64,000 bases of DNA from positions 141,708 through 205,707 of the forward strand of contig JAFQCG010000005.1 of NCBI GenBank assembly GCA_017416535.1, in the 5' to 3' direction. The notes under the pieces are model-generated. The model did no database searches. It saw only the letters and a list, made by a program, of their open reading frames with translations, and was not told the origin of the DNA. This document shows, one piece after another, positions 9,621 to 20,383 of the stretch; position 1 is the stretch's first letter, and the number at the start of each line of letters is the position of its first letter. This stretch comes from Bacilli bacterium (lineage in GTDB: Bacteria; Bacillota_I; Bacilli_A; RF39; UBA660). A program made the position numbers and the translations under genes.

Positions 9621-10502
9621 CTATTTTATTTTTAGGTATTTATCTATTTTCATAAATTGTTTTTCCGCATTATACTCTTTATTTATTTCATAAAATTGTA
9701 AATTGATTTTTTTGTTCTTTTTTAAATCCTTTATATTTATAACTTTTATATTTTGATCATAACTACTTATGAAATTTTCTATCTTTTTACTATATGATAA
9801 TGCGAAGAATTTTTGGTTACTTGCCATTGCTAAAACGATAGAATGAAACCTTGAACCAATTACAAGACTACACTTTTGCCAATGATATAAAAATCTATTT
9901 ATATTTGAACTATATTTGATTACTCTAATTTTTCTTCTTTCTTTTAAATTAAATAATTTTAATAGTTCTTTAATAGCTTTTTCATCTCCTTCATCTTTAC
10001 AAAATGAAAATAATTTTATTTTATAGTTTTTTTCTAATAACTTTTTAATTTTATTTTTTAAAAATTTAAAGTACTGTTTTTTCATTTCTTTAAGTTCTTT
10101 TCTATTATCTAAGTCCATTATAGATACAGCAACTATTTTTTTCTTTTTTTGTTTATTATTATTGTGTATTGTTAAAACTATATCATCTGATAAACGTACA
10201 TTTTTTAGACTTTTGAACCTATTATATGAATCAACATCTCTAAAACAGATATCATCAAATTTTTCAAACCATTTTGCTAGATATTTTTCGTATTCTATAC
10301 TTCCAGGTCCAAAATTACATCCTATTATAAATGATGGTTTATTTCCTAATATTTCTTTTAGGATAAATCTATCATCTTTTTTCCAATTATCATGTTGAAT
10401 AAAAATAGATCCTCCTATATTTATATAAAAATCTACTTTCTTTGCTCGTTCACAAATCATTGGAAATAAGTTAATTAATCTTTCTTTCCCTATATTTGCC
10501 AT
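9621..10502 (-). CDS. polysaccharide pyruvyl transferase (CsaB/WcaK family), C-terminal main part of a frameshifted gene
   Basis: GSRFHSIVLAMA motif of PS_pyruv_trans. The N-terminal 55 codons lie in another frame at 10541..10707. Confidence 0.7.
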   Translation of the reverse strand: MANIGKERLINLFPMICERAKKVDFYINIGGSIFIQHDNWKKDDRFILKEILGNKPSFIIGCNFGPGSIEYEKYLAKWFEKFDDICFRDVDSYNRFKSLKNVRLSDDIVLTIHNNNKQKKKKIVAVSIMDLDNRKELKEMKKQYFKFLKNKIKKLLEKNYKIKLFSFCKDEGDEKAIKELLKLFNLKERRKIRVIKYSSNINRFLYHWQKCSLVIGSRFHSIVLAMASNQKFFALSYSKKIENFISSYDQNIKVINIKDLKKNKKINLQFYEINKEYNAEKQFMKIDKYLKIK

Positions 10503-10540
10503 TTTTTCTCTGATAAAGTATTTTTCTTTATCATAAAACT

Positions 10541-10707
10541 TTACATTAGAATATTTTCTATATGCTCTTTTGTATTTTTTAAGAATTCTATTGGTGGGTA
10601 CATGTAAAAATCTACATGAGGATATCTTTCAAACAATATTTTGAAGAATAAATCGTCACCGAAGTTATTTCTCATATAACCAATAACTAAACATGATTTT
10701 CTTTTCA
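10541..10707 (-). pseudogene. N-terminal fragment of the pyruvyl transferase gene; frame broken near a T6/A6 homopolymer at about 10574-10579
   Basis: MKRKSCLVIGYMRNNFGDDLFFKILFERYPHVDFYMYPP matches pyruvyl-transferase N-termini. Changing frame at the homopolymer reads straight through into the 9621..10502 ORF. Confidence 0.55.
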
Positions 10708-10854
10708 TAAGTTCTCCTATATATCTTTAAATTTCCCCTTACTTTTTATATATAATTTTAAAAAGTGTTTTATCCTTTCTTTATTGCCAACATTCTTCCG
10801 CCCGCCTATCTTTGTATATATATAATTATATCAAATAAATTTATTGTATACAAA

Positions 10855-10885
10855 CAAATAAAAAACACCATTTGGTGTTTTATAG
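10855..10885 (-). terminator. terminator (AACACCA..TGGTGTT plus U-run) after the ABC exporter genes; palindromic and possibly bidirectional
   Basis: Stem followed by T-runs on both strands immediately after the permease stop at 10880. Confidence 0.6.
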
Positions 10886-11653
10886 TTCTTCTACGAAGCT
10901 TTTTTCTAATTTTTTGAAAATTATATATCCTAATACTACTATTACTATACTTCCAAATCCCCAGATAGCTAACATCGTCATATCTGGTAGTTGATGATAG
11001 TATAGAACAGATCTATATGCTTCTACTAATTGTGCCATTGGATTTATCTTTAAGAATATTTGGAATTTTTGTGGTAACATGCTACTTAAATATACTATTG
11101 GTGTAGCATAGAATCCTAACATTAATACAACACTTACAAAGTGTGATACGTCACGTACAAACACTGTAACTGCTGATAAAACAAAAGATAATCCTAATGT
11201 TATTAAGTATTGAATTAATACTAATAATGGGAAGAATATTATATGCCATGAGAATCCTACTCCACTAAATATAATAAATACTACCATTATTAAACAAGTA
11301 ATTAAGAAATTTATTAATTGACTTGTTGTTGTAGAGATTGGAATAATTTCTCTTGGGAAATATACTTTCTTTAAAATATTACCTTCAATTACTACACTAT
11401 TTGTTCCTGTTTGAACTGCTGTTGTAAAGAAGTTCCAAGGAATAAGTGCTACAATCATGAAGATTGTATAATTATCAACATCTACTCTTAAGATGTATGG
11501 GAAAACAAATGCATATACTGCTAACATTAATAGTGGATTAAGGAATGTCCAAAGGATTCCTAACCATGACCCTTTATATTTTCCTCTAATTTCTTTTTTA
11601 ATGTTTGTTTTTAGTAACTCTCTATAATTGTATAACTCTTTAAAAACATTCAT
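10880..11653 (-). CDS. ABC-2 type polysaccharide/teichoic-acid exporter permease (Wzm/TagG/KpsM family)
   Basis: 6-TM ABC-2 permease. Likely start is MNVFKELYNY at 11653, 6 nt after the ATPase stop; the ORF-track start at 11737 overlaps the ATPase. Confidence 0.8.
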   Translation of the reverse strand: MNVFKELYNYRELLKTNIKKEIRGKYKGSWLGILWTFLNPLLMLAVYAFVFPYILRVDVDNYTIFMIVALIPWNFFTTAVQTGTNSVVIEGNILKKVYFPREIIPISTTTSQLINFLITCLIMVVFIIFSGVGFSWHIIFFPLLVLIQYLITLGLSFVLSAVTVFVRDVSHFVSVVLMLGFYATPIVYLSSMLPQKFQIFLKINPMAQLVEAYRSVLYYHQLPDMTMLAIWGFGSIVIVVLGYIIFKKLEKSFVEEL

Positions 11654-11658
11654 TCTAA

Positions 11659-12402
11659 TCACCCACAAACCTTTAAGTATTCTTTCAGAACGTCTTTTAC
11701 TTCTCCATCCATTCTGATTTGTCCTTGATATAGCCATACTGCTCTATCGCAGAATTCTTCTACTTGTTTCATATTATGAGTTACTATTACAATTGTTTTT
11801 CCTGATTTTTTTAGTTCTCTTAATTTATTAAAACATTTTTCTTGGAAATGTTGATCTCCTACGGCTAGAATTTCATCAATTAAAAGTATTTCTGCTTGTA
11901 CATTAATCGCTATTGAGAAAGCAAGTCTCATATACATTCCTGATGAATATGTTCTTACTGGATTATCAATAAAATCTCCTAGTTCAGAGAAGTTAATTAT
12001 TTCATCAATTTTTTCATCTATTTCTTTTCTTGTTAGTCCAAAGATAGATGCATTAAAATAAATATTTTCTCTTCCTGTAAAATCATTATGGAATCCTGCA
12101 CCTAACTCTAGTAATGATGTTAATTTACCGTAAGTGTGAATTTTTCCTTTTGTAGGATAAATGATTTTAGTCATTAATTTTAATAATGTTGACTTACCAG
12201 ATCCATTCGTACCAATAAGAGCAACACTTTCACCTTTTTTAATATCTAAACTGATATCTTTTAATACGTGGTGAATATCATTTTTATCTCTATTCTTTTT
12301 AGAAAAAAATAATAATTTTTCTTTTAATGTATTTGCTTTATCATAATAAAGTTTGAAGTCTTTTGATACATGATTAACTTCAATTGCTGTATTTTTTTCC
12401 AC
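11659..12402 (-). CDS. ABC exporter ATP-binding protein (Wzt/TagH/KpsT type, short form)
   Basis: Walker A GTNGSGKST, signature YSSGMYMRLAF, Walker B LLIDEILAVGD. Confidence 0.85.
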   Translation of the reverse strand: MEKNTAIEVNHVSKDFKLYYDKANTLKEKLLFFSKKNRDKNDIHHVLKDISLDIKKGESVALIGTNGSGKSTLLKLMTKIIYPTKGKIHTYGKLTSLLELGAGFHNDFTGRENIYFNASIFGLTRKEIDEKIDEIINFSELGDFIDNPVRTYSSGMYMRLAFSIAINVQAEILLIDEILAVGDQHFQEKCFNKLRELKKSGKTIVIVTHNMKQVEEFCDRAVWLYQGQIRMDGEVKDVLKEYLKVCG

Positions 12403-12487
12403 AACACTACCTCATTTCAATTTTGTATATTATTTATACATACATATCTATTATAATAAATTTAAGGTAATTTTACAACATTTAAAA

Positions 12488-12522
12488 AAACATAGAAAAA
12501 AGCAATTATATTAATTGCTTTA
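12488..12522 (-). terminator. terminator hairpin (AAAGCAATTA..TAATTGCTTT plus U-run) directly after the GT2-GT4 fusion gene
   Basis: Perfect inverted repeat overlapping the stop codon, followed by a T-rich run on minus. Confidence 0.55.
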
Positions 12523-14793
12523 TTTTTTTATTATTCTTAATAGTGTTTGTTTAATTATAGATAGTACTTTTCTTATTAGTTTTAATACTATTTTTATTAT
12601 ATTTTTTAGTAAAGGAATAATCATTATAATTGACTTTAATAATCCTTTAATAAATCCTAAGAATAGTTTTAATGTTTTAATCACTTGTCTAATCCAACTT
12701 AAAACACCAGTCATTTCTCGTTCTAAATTATATTTAAGTGCAAATGTTCTTAGTCTTCTCTTTTTAGAGATTGGGCCTGGAGTGAAATCCTCTCTTGGTG
12801 TTATATAATGATTTTCTACGAAGTATGTAAAATATTTACTTCTAAAGTCTTCTTTTAACATATTTTCATAGTATGTATATACTTCACCCATATATGATAT
12901 TTCTTCTTGTTTTTTATTTTTTGTTCCAAAAGCATCTGTTAGTTTATCAGCTAATACATCATATTTATTTGTAAGTTTTGTTAATTCTTCTTTAACATTA
13001 TTTTTATAAATACTTAGCTTTTCTAAGATTGCTAGTATTTCTTTTTCGTATGCTGCTGGTTTATTTTCTTTTTCAGATACTAATAACCCTGTCTTATCTG
13101 TAACTATTTCTTCTTGATAGTCCGCAGTTGTTGATACTACTGGAACTCCATTTAATAATGATTTATAGTTTGTTGATGATACTCCTTCTTTATAAGCACA
13201 GTTAACAACAACATCACTTACTTTATAAACATCATCATAATTTTCTTGTTCTGGAATATGGATAATATTAGTTAGTTTTTTCTTTTCAATTTTCTTTTTT
13301 AAATCCATTACCATTCTACCATTACCATTTATAATGAAGAATAATTCTTCTGGTAAGTTCTTAGCAATTTTTAAGAATAAGTCTGGTCTTCTTTCAAAGA
13401 TAACATTATCAATATATGAGATAACTATTTTATCTTTTGGAATTCCTAGTTTTTCTTTTAATTCTTCTTTATTAACTTTAACTTCTTTTAATTTCTTTTT
13501 AGATGGTTCTACTAAATTTACTTTTAATTCTTTAGCAATATCTCCATTTGTTGTGAATGAGAAATCTATGAAGTTAGTTAATTTTTCATTTCTTATACTT
13601 GGATTTGTTTCAACAATTTCAGTTACTTTTAAATTTGGATAAGTATTCTTAATTATTGGTAACATTGCATATCCATATGGTGCATGATTAATTACTAAAT
13701 TATTTACATTTCTTGAACTAATTAAATATTCAATAAATAATGGATAATCTTTTGTATCTAGGAAGTTACTTAAATCATGAACTTCACTTAAATAATCTTT
13801 AATATCTTGTCTTAGATTATTTTTTGATGGTTCAGTCATTACTAAAATACAATTATTATCTTTACTTAATCGTTTGATTGTTTCAAATGTTGCGATTGAG
13901 TTCTTATTTAAATTAACATTATCAACTAAGAACAAAATTGTATTTTGTTTTTCTTTCTTATATGTTGGTAAAGTCATTGAATCAATTCTATTATGAGTTG
14001 GGCCTTCTGCACTTACTCTTGGGAATTGAATTACTTCTACTTCATTTTTTATTTTCTTTGCAGTACTATTAATTAGCTTCATTGCTTTCTTATGATTTGA
14101 TTTAGCACGAGATAGTTCTCCTGAAAAACTAGTTCTATACCAGAATAATGGTGCGTTTAATCTTATTGGTACTTTTCCTTTTGATAAAAGTTTTAACCAT
14201 AGGTTCCAGTCTTCATACATTGCTTTTTCTTTAATTTCGAAGCATCCTACTTCTAGTAAGTCTTCTTTTTTTATCATTGAGCTGATACACATTGTATTTA
14301 AAACTAGTTCTTCTTCTAGTGTAAAGTATGGTTCCCAATAATATTCATATGCTCCGAAGTTAATCATGGCAGCATATACCCAACTTGCATTCTTGTGAGT
14401 TTCTAATGCCCAATACATTTCTTCTAACATTGTATTTTCAATTAAGTCATCGCAATCTAAGAAATAAATGTATTTTGTTGACTTTGAAGCTTTACTAATA
14501 CCGAAGTCTCTTGCTTGAGATGGTCCTCCATTTTCTTTATGGAATACTTTAATACGTGAATCCCATTTACTTACTTCATCTAATTTCTTTAAGCATGATT
14601 CTGATTTAGAACCATCATCAATTATGATCCATTCAAAATATGGATAAGTTTGTCCTAGTACTGTGTTAGCAGTTTCTTCTAGTGTTGCTCCTCCATTATA
14701 GAATGGTGTAATAATTGTAATTGTTGGTTCTTGTTTGTTTGCTAAAGTTCCAATCTTTACTAGTTCTTTTCCTGGTTTGTTTAAAAATTTCAT
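12520..14793 (-). CDS. bifunctional glycosyltransferase: N-terminal GT2 domain fused to a C-terminal GT4/GT1 domain plus an amphipathic C-tail
   Basis: N-terminus ITPFYNGGATLEETANTVLGQTYPYFEWIIIDDGS...LDCDD (GT-A/GT2). C-terminus NIIHIPEQENYDDVYKVSDVVVNCAYKEGVSSTNYKSLLNGVPVVS (GT-B/GT4 E-x7-E region). 757 aa. Confidence 0.8.
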   Translation of the reverse strand: MKFLNKPGKELVKIGTLANKQEPTITIITPFYNGGATLEETANTVLGQTYPYFEWIIIDDGSKSESCLKKLDEVSKWDSRIKVFHKENGGPSQARDFGISKASKSTKYIYFLDCDDLIENTMLEEMYWALETHKNASWVYAAMINFGAYEYYWEPYFTLEEELVLNTMCISSMIKKEDLLEVGCFEIKEKAMYEDWNLWLKLLSKGKVPIRLNAPLFWYRTSFSGELSRAKSNHKKAMKLINSTAKKIKNEVEVIQFPRVSAEGPTHNRIDSMTLPTYKKEKQNTILFLVDNVNLNKNSIATFETIKRLSKDNNCILVMTEPSKNNLRQDIKDYLSEVHDLSNFLDTKDYPLFIEYLISSRNVNNLVINHAPYGYAMLPIIKNTYPNLKVTEIVETNPSIRNEKLTNFIDFSFTTNGDIAKELKVNLVEPSKKKLKEVKVNKEELKEKLGIPKDKIVISYIDNVIFERRPDLFLKIAKNLPEELFFIINGNGRMVMDLKKKIEKKKLTNIIHIPEQENYDDVYKVSDVVVNCAYKEGVSSTNYKSLLNGVPVVSTTADYQEEIVTDKTGLLVSEKENKPAAYEKEILAILEKLSIYKNNVKEELTKLTNKYDVLADKLTDAFGTKNKKQEEISYMGEVYTYYENMLKEDFRSKYFTYFVENHYITPREDFTPGPISKKRRLRTFALKYNLEREMTGVLSWIRQVIKTLKLFLGFIKGLLKSIIMIIPLLKNIIKIVLKLIRKVLSIIKQTLLRIIKK

Positions 14794-14808
14794 TATACCT
14801 CTCCCACT

Positions 14809-16050
14809 TTATCTACTAAATATTGATTTTATTTTTCTTATTATTCTTCTAAATAAATTTATTACATATCTATATGCTTTAATTGGCCATTTACTATTAA
14901 TTCTATATATTTCTTTTGTATATCTATTAGTTGTATTAAATATATATTTATAATCACTTGTGTAATTACATTCTAGTTTATCTTTATATAGGTTATTATC
15001 AACATTATACTTTTTATTAATAAATTTATAATTATCTTCTGTAATTGATTTATATTTTTTCTTGTCTATTTTTAATAAATCTTGTAATACATTTTCATTG
15101 TCTTTTAGATTCATTCCTGAGAAGTTTTGATTACTTGCTAGTTCAATATTATTTTTGTTAACTATATTCATTGTACCTGTATAGCTACTTATAATTGATA
15201 ATCTTTTACAAGCAAGTGCTTCTAGAATACATCTATCAACTCCTATAAAAACATCTATATTTTTATAGTATTCTGGCATATTTGATACATTGCCAAGAAA
15301 TTCTACTTTGTCTTTTAATTTCTTAGAATCTACATATCTCATTATGGTTTTCTTTTCTTGTCCATCACCAGCTATTAATAGTTTTGCATTATCATTTTCT
15401 TTTATGTACTCAGCAAATAGGTCTATTCCTTTTTCTACTGATAAGACTTTTTCTTCTGATAGTCTTGCAGCTATTCCAAATATTTCTAACTTACTAGGTA
15501 TTTCTCCATCAGGGAAATCTTCCATATTTAGTGAGTTTGGAATTATTAAATATTTATCTTCTCCTAGATGATAGATATCTTCAATTTCTTGTTTTGTACT
15601 TTCGGCAATGCATACTATTTTTGATGCATTTTCAAAAAAGATTGGTAGTGCTAGTTGATATGTTGGAAATTCTTTATTAAACCATTCAATTGCTCCAGGA
15701 ACAATTGAGTGAGCATATGCTACATATGGTATATCTAATTCCATACATACTGGCAGCCAATACATTATACATGGATATTGGTGCATATGAATTTCTGATA
15801 TTTTATTTTCTTTGCAGAACTCCATTAATTCTTTCTTTTTATCTATTCTAAAATAATTTCTTATTTTATGTTCCATTCTTAATACTTTAACACCAATTTT
15901 TTCTAATTCCTTGGCATACATTCCATCTTTAGCTGCGACAAAAACATTATGACCTGCTCTTACATATCCTTTACAAAGTGTAACAACAGCAGTTTCAACT
16001 CCACCTACTCCTAAGAACTCTAAACACATTAAAATATTTCTTTTCTTCAT
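14809..16050 (-). CDS. glycosyltransferase family 4 (GT-B)
   Basis: LEFLGVGGVETAVVTLCKGYVRAGHNVFV N-terminus, plus a C-terminal GT4 fold. Confidence 0.75.
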   Translation of the reverse strand: MKKRNILMCLEFLGVGGVETAVVTLCKGYVRAGHNVFVAAKDGMYAKELEKIGVKVLRMEHKIRNYFRIDKKKELMEFCKENKISEIHMHQYPCIMYWLPVCMELDIPYVAYAHSIVPGAIEWFNKEFPTYQLALPIFFENASKIVCIAESTKQEIEDIYHLGEDKYLIIPNSLNMEDFPDGEIPSKLEIFGIAARLSEEKVLSVEKGIDLFAEYIKENDNAKLLIAGDGQEKKTIMRYVDSKKLKDKVEFLGNVSNMPEYYKNIDVFIGVDRCILEALACKRLSIISSYTGTMNIVNKNNIELASNQNFSGMNLKDNENVLQDLLKIDKKKYKSITEDNYKFINKKYNVDNNLYKDKLECNYTSDYKYIFNTTNRYTKEIYRINSKWPIKAYRYVINLFRRIIRKIKSIFSR

Positions 16051-16174
16051 ATTATCACATCTTTTCTATTCGTAATATTTAACTATTTAGTGTCTATATT
16101 TAAATTATATAATATTTTGAATACCTTGTAAACCTTGGGGAAAATTAAAAAGACTATAGAATATATCTATAATC

Positions 16175-17134
16175 TTATTTACTACCTCTTATTTTTCTAT
16201 AAATATAGCAGTATGTTTTTGTGATAAACTTATTCTTTTCTATAATACGTTTTAAGAAACTTCTATTTTCAAAATACTTATTATCTTTATAGTTTGGAAC
16301 TTCTTCTTTAAGATATTTAAATGCATTATCGATAAACTCCATACCTACTTTAATATCCTTCTGATTTCTTTGTTGTATATTATAGTTTGTAATTATTCTT
16401 ACAGTTAATTTATCTACTACCTCAGACATATATTTTTTATTCTTATAATATGTTCTTACCATATCTACTATTTTTAAAATATCAAATATCCTTTTATCTC
16501 TTACTGTAGTTTCACTATTACCATGAATTACATAGTAATTTAATTTCTTATCTAGCTTAGCAATTTTATTTGCTTTATCTAGTGCTTCAGATACGAATGG
16601 TACATCTTCATATTTTATGCCTTCTGCAAAAGATATATTATTATCTTTAATTAATTTAGTACTATATATTTTATTCCATGGTGATAAATTTATATCAATT
16701 AAAATATTTGGATTATCTTTTAATTTAGATGTCTTAAAACTTGGTAAGTTTATATCTTCTTTTGTTCCATCATCATATACTTTGTAGAAATCACATACTA
16801 CAACATCGGCTTTTTCTTCTTTTGCTTTATTGTATAAATCTTCACATGCAGTTGGTTCTATATAATCATCACTATCAATAAAGATAATATATTTCCCGGT
16901 TGCTTTTTCTATACCAAAGTTTCTAGTTTTACCAATTCCTTGATTTTTATTTTTAAAATATTTTATTCTTTTATCCTTATAAGATTTTAAGATATCATGT
17001 GTTTTATCTGTTGAACCATCATTTATTAAGATAAATTCTAATTCTTTTTTAGTTTGATTTAATAAAGAATCTACACATTTTTTTATATACTTTTCTGCAT
17101 TATATATTGGAACAATTATACTTATATCTGCCAT
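16175..17134 (-). CDS. glycosyltransferase family 2
   Basis: ISIIVPIYNAEKYIKKCVDSLLNQT...ILINDGSTDKT...DSDD. Confidence 0.8.
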   Translation of the reverse strand: MADISIIVPIYNAEKYIKKCVDSLLNQTKKELEFILINDGSTDKTHDILKSYKDKRIKYFKNKNQGIGKTRNFGIEKATGKYIIFIDSDDYIEPTACEDLYNKAKEEKADVVVCDFYKVYDDGTKEDINLPSFKTSKLKDNPNILIDINLSPWNKIYSTKLIKDNNISFAEGIKYEDVPFVSEALDKANKIAKLDKKLNYYVIHGNSETTVRDKRIFDILKIVDMVRTYYKNKKYMSEVVDKLTVRIITNYNIQQRNQKDIKVGMEFIDNAFKYLKEEVPNYKDNKYFENRSFLKRIIEKNKFITKTYCYIYRKIRGSK

Positions 17135-17142
17135 ATTTACAC

Positions 17143-18063
17143 CTACTTTCCTAAAGTCTTATGATATAACTTTGGTGATATATTTAGTAATACTTTTTTT
17201 ATCTTTCTAGCAGTTGTATCTGTTAAGATATTATCAAATACTTTTTCTTTCTTTAATTCTTTCTTATATTTTAAATAATCTTTTCCCTTTAAATATGTAA
17301 TTTTCTTAATCATACTGTTAGCGATAAAACTTTTAAAATACGAAGCATCTAAATCTGTTTTATTTACTTCTTTTATTAAATACTTATAATGGAAGAAAAA
17401 GTCATCTGTTTTTTTCTTAATCCATTCGTAATCTTCTGTATTCATTATACTATTTGAACGACGATAGTAATTATATCCTAAGAAATCTAAACAATTTACT
17501 TTTTTTGCTTTTACTATCCATAGTGGTACTGTTCCAAAGTCTTCATGTACCCTATCTTTTGCAAAAGCAAATTTTTCTTTTTCATAGAATTTTCTTTTTA
17601 CTGCATAAATACATGCTGAATCCACATAATGAAAACTTGTTATCTCTTTAAAAGCATCTACTCCAGATAAACCTTCAAATGGCTTTTCATTATAGTCTAC
17701 TGTTTCATTTTCATCATTTACAGTTCTTATTTGAAATCTAATTACATCAGCGTCATTTTTACTACTTTCATCTAATTTCTTTAGTAAATCCTTATCCCAC
17801 CAATCATCACTATCAAGTAATACTAAATAGTCTCCCTTTGCTTCTTTAATAGCAGCATTTCTTACTACACTCAATCCAGCATGCTTATGTTCTATAACTT
17901 TTACATCAAATTTCTTGGCAACTTCAACTGTTTTGTCTGTTGAACCATCGTCAATTACTATTACTTCATAATCTTTGAATGTTTGTTTCTTTACACTATC
18001 TAATGTTTTCTTAATATATTTTTCCATGTTATATGCTGGTATGATTATACTAAATTTTGGCAT
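17143..18063 (-). CDS. glycosyltransferase family 2
   Basis: FSIIIPAYNMEKYIKKTLDSVKKQT...VIVIDDGSTDKT...LDSDD. Confidence 0.8.
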   Translation of the reverse strand: MPKFSIIIPAYNMEKYIKKTLDSVKKQTFKDYEVIVIDDGSTDKTVEVAKKFDVKVIEHKHAGLSVVRNAAIKEAKGDYLVLLDSDDWWDKDLLKKLDESSKNDADVIRFQIRTVNDENETVDYNEKPFEGLSGVDAFKEITSFHYVDSACIYAVKRKFYEKEKFAFAKDRVHEDFGTVPLWIVKAKKVNCLDFLGYNYYRRSNSIMNTEDYEWIKKKTDDFFFHYKYLIKEVNKTDLDASYFKSFIANSMIKKITYLKGKDYLKYKKELKKEKVFDNILTDTTARKIKKVLLNISPKLYHKTLGK

Positions 18064-20372
18064 TATATCACCTCATCAAATATTTTTTCTAAACGCTTAA
18101 GTTTTTCTGCTTGTAATTTTTTGAAATCAACTTTTTTTAGTTTTCCTTTATCCTTTAATATTTTCTTAACTTCATTAACCATTTTAGTTTCATCTTTTGA
18201 AACTATATAGGCAAAGTCTTTTCCAATATTTAATTGTGAATCACTTACATCTATAGTAGTAATAATTTCTTTATTTAAAGTTATTGCCTCTAAATATGTT
18301 AATGGAAATCCTTCATAATCAGATGTTAATATTACATAATCAGACTGTTTCATATATGGATATGGATTTTCTTTTCCTCCAAGGAATTTAACTTTTGACT
18401 CAAGTTTATTTTTCTTAACTAAGTCTTCATACATTTTTCTATCTGGTCCATCTCCTATTATCCATAGAGCTAATTCATCTATCTTATCTACCAAATTAAT
18501 TGCTCGAGATAGTTTTTTAGCATGATCATCAAGTCTTCCTACAAATACTAAAAGTTTCTTGTTTTTTGGTTTTGTTGTATCTATTTTTTCTTCACTCTTT
18601 TTTAGAATTAAGTCTACATCAATAAAGTTTGCAAATACTTCACATTTATCTTTTATTTCTGGATAGAAATCTAAGAAGTCTTCTTTTGCTTCTTGAGCGA
18701 CAAAGACAATTTTTCTAAAATCATGAATTTTTCTTGTATTAAAGAAGTTCATTAATTCTTCTTTATTATAAATATACTTATAATTACTATGAACATAGTA
18801 AGCTGTATTTTTTGAAGAGACTCTTGCAAGGACATTTGAACTTAAGCTATATGTAGCATAGCAACATCCAAAATCATAGTTATTATAGTTAAAGATTGTA
18901 TAAATTAACTTTCTAATTAAATTTGTTAGTTTTCTTACTATTATGTTCTTATGATTTGATACTTTCACTTCTTCTACTTTTGCATTTTTATTTACTCTTG
19001 GCAAAAAGATTCCTCTTTTTTCTTCAAGTACTACTGTTACATTATACTTATTATAGTCAAATAAATTTAATAAGTTTGTTAGAGATGTTTCAATTCCTCC
19101 CATATCAAAATGTACTGTTGCGAACATTAAGTCTTTTTTACTTCTTATATGATTATCTAATATAATTATTATTGCAATTATTGATACAGCTGGTGCTGTA
19201 ATAATATGTCCTGTAAATAAAGATAATACCAGTATTAAGAATGTGCTTAATCTTATCATATAGTTTTCATAGTTAATTGGTTTTATACTCATTATTACTT
19301 TATATAATATATAGAAGTAAATTCCTGTTAAAAGGATAAAACCTATTAATCCATGACTGTAATATATATCAAAGTAGTCCATTTCTATTAATTTTGTTTT
19401 TTCTTGGTTTTCAGTATAACCAATACCAAATAATTTTTCATATGTTGATGAATTTGTATAGTCATATGCTTTATGTTCTAGGAATGTTAATCTTTGACTA
19501 AATATAAAGTGATCTACTAATTCTTTTTCTTTAAAGACATCTAATATATTATCTACTTCTAAGTAATCTAGATGTACTTTAATATTTTTATAAAAATTTG
19601 TCTTTGGCATAATTAATAATAATGATGCACATGCTACTACAATAATACTTCCTGTTATTGCAACATTCTTATATGTTTTTTTCTTTATACAATAAATAAT
19701 ATAGTAAAGATATGAAAAACCTATAGTTAATAATAGTGTAAGTAATGGTGTTTTTGTTCCAATAGTTAGAATTACTATTAAGTAGATTAATGCAAATACT
19801 ATTTTTAATATTTTATTTTTTAATTCTTTTAATATTATAAACATTACTGGTGTTAATAGAGAGATTATTCCACTTATTTCATTTGCAGCATTAAAGAATC
19901 CTAAACTTCCGCTCTTTGTTATTTTATAACTTTCAAATCCTAGTCCTAAGACATTTGGAATTAGTATTAATATTAAATAAGTTAATAATACTGTGAACAA
20001 TGTCATTTTACTTACTCTATATTCATCTTTTAAATCATAAAGAGAAACTAATACTAATGGAAAATATATTGTCTTTAATAAACCTTGTAATTCGTAGAAT
20101 ACTACTCCGTCTTTATATATAATTATTCCTATTAGATATAATAAGGAGTAAACTGTTACTGCAATATATGTATATAAAGATAATTTTTTCTTATATACAA
20201 ATGTTGTTGTGAACATTAAAAATAATAAAAACAACATTCTAATTACAATACCTATTGTTATATTTAAATCTAGTGTATGAATTGATATTCCTGTTATTAG
20301 ATCTAATATTGGTTGTAATAGAAGAAATACTATTATTATTTTATTTAAGTTGTTTTTTATAAAATTGTGCAT
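18063..20372 (-). CDS. fusion of an O-antigen-ligase/Wzy_C-like polytopic membrane domain (N-terminus) with a GT4 glycosyltransferase domain (C-terminus)
   Basis: About 400 aa with 10 or more TM helices and EMDYFDIYYSHGLIGFILL (Wzy_C-like conserved loop). C-terminal LVFVGRLDDHAKKL...FLGGKENPYPYMKQSDYVILTSDYEGFPLTYLEA (GT4 motif). Confidence 0.65.
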   Translation of the reverse strand: MHNFIKNNLNKIIIVFLLLQPILDLITGISIHTLDLNITIGIVIRMLFLLFLMFTTTFVYKKKLSLYTYIAVTVYSLLYLIGIIIYKDGVVFYELQGLLKTIYFPLVLVSLYDLKDEYRVSKMTLFTVLLTYLILILIPNVLGLGFESYKITKSGSLGFFNAANEISGIISLLTPVMFIILKELKNKILKIVFALIYLIVILTIGTKTPLLTLLLTIGFSYLYYIIYCIKKKTYKNVAITGSIIVVACASLLLIMPKTNFYKNIKVHLDYLEVDNILDVFKEKELVDHFIFSQRLTFLEHKAYDYTNSSTYEKLFGIGYTENQEKTKLIEMDYFDIYYSHGLIGFILLTGIYFYILYKVIMSIKPINYENYMIRLSTFLILVLSLFTGHIITAPAVSIIAIIIILDNHIRSKKDLMFATVHFDMGGIETSLTNLLNLFDYNKYNVTVVLEEKRGIFLPRVNKNAKVEEVKVSNHKNIIVRKLTNLIRKLIYTIFNYNNYDFGCCYATYSLSSNVLARVSSKNTAYYVHSNYKYIYNKEELMNFFNTRKIHDFRKIVFVAQEAKEDFLDFYPEIKDKCEVFANFIDVDLILKKSEEKIDTTKPKNKKLLVFVGRLDDHAKKLSRAINLVDKIDELALWIIGDGPDRKMYEDLVKKNKLESKVKFLGGKENPYPYMKQSDYVILTSDYEGFPLTYLEAITLNKEIITTIDVSDSQLNIGKDFAYIVSKDETKMVNEVKKILKDKGKLKKVDFKKLQAEKLKRLEKIFDEVI

Positions 20373-20383
20373 TTAATCACCTA

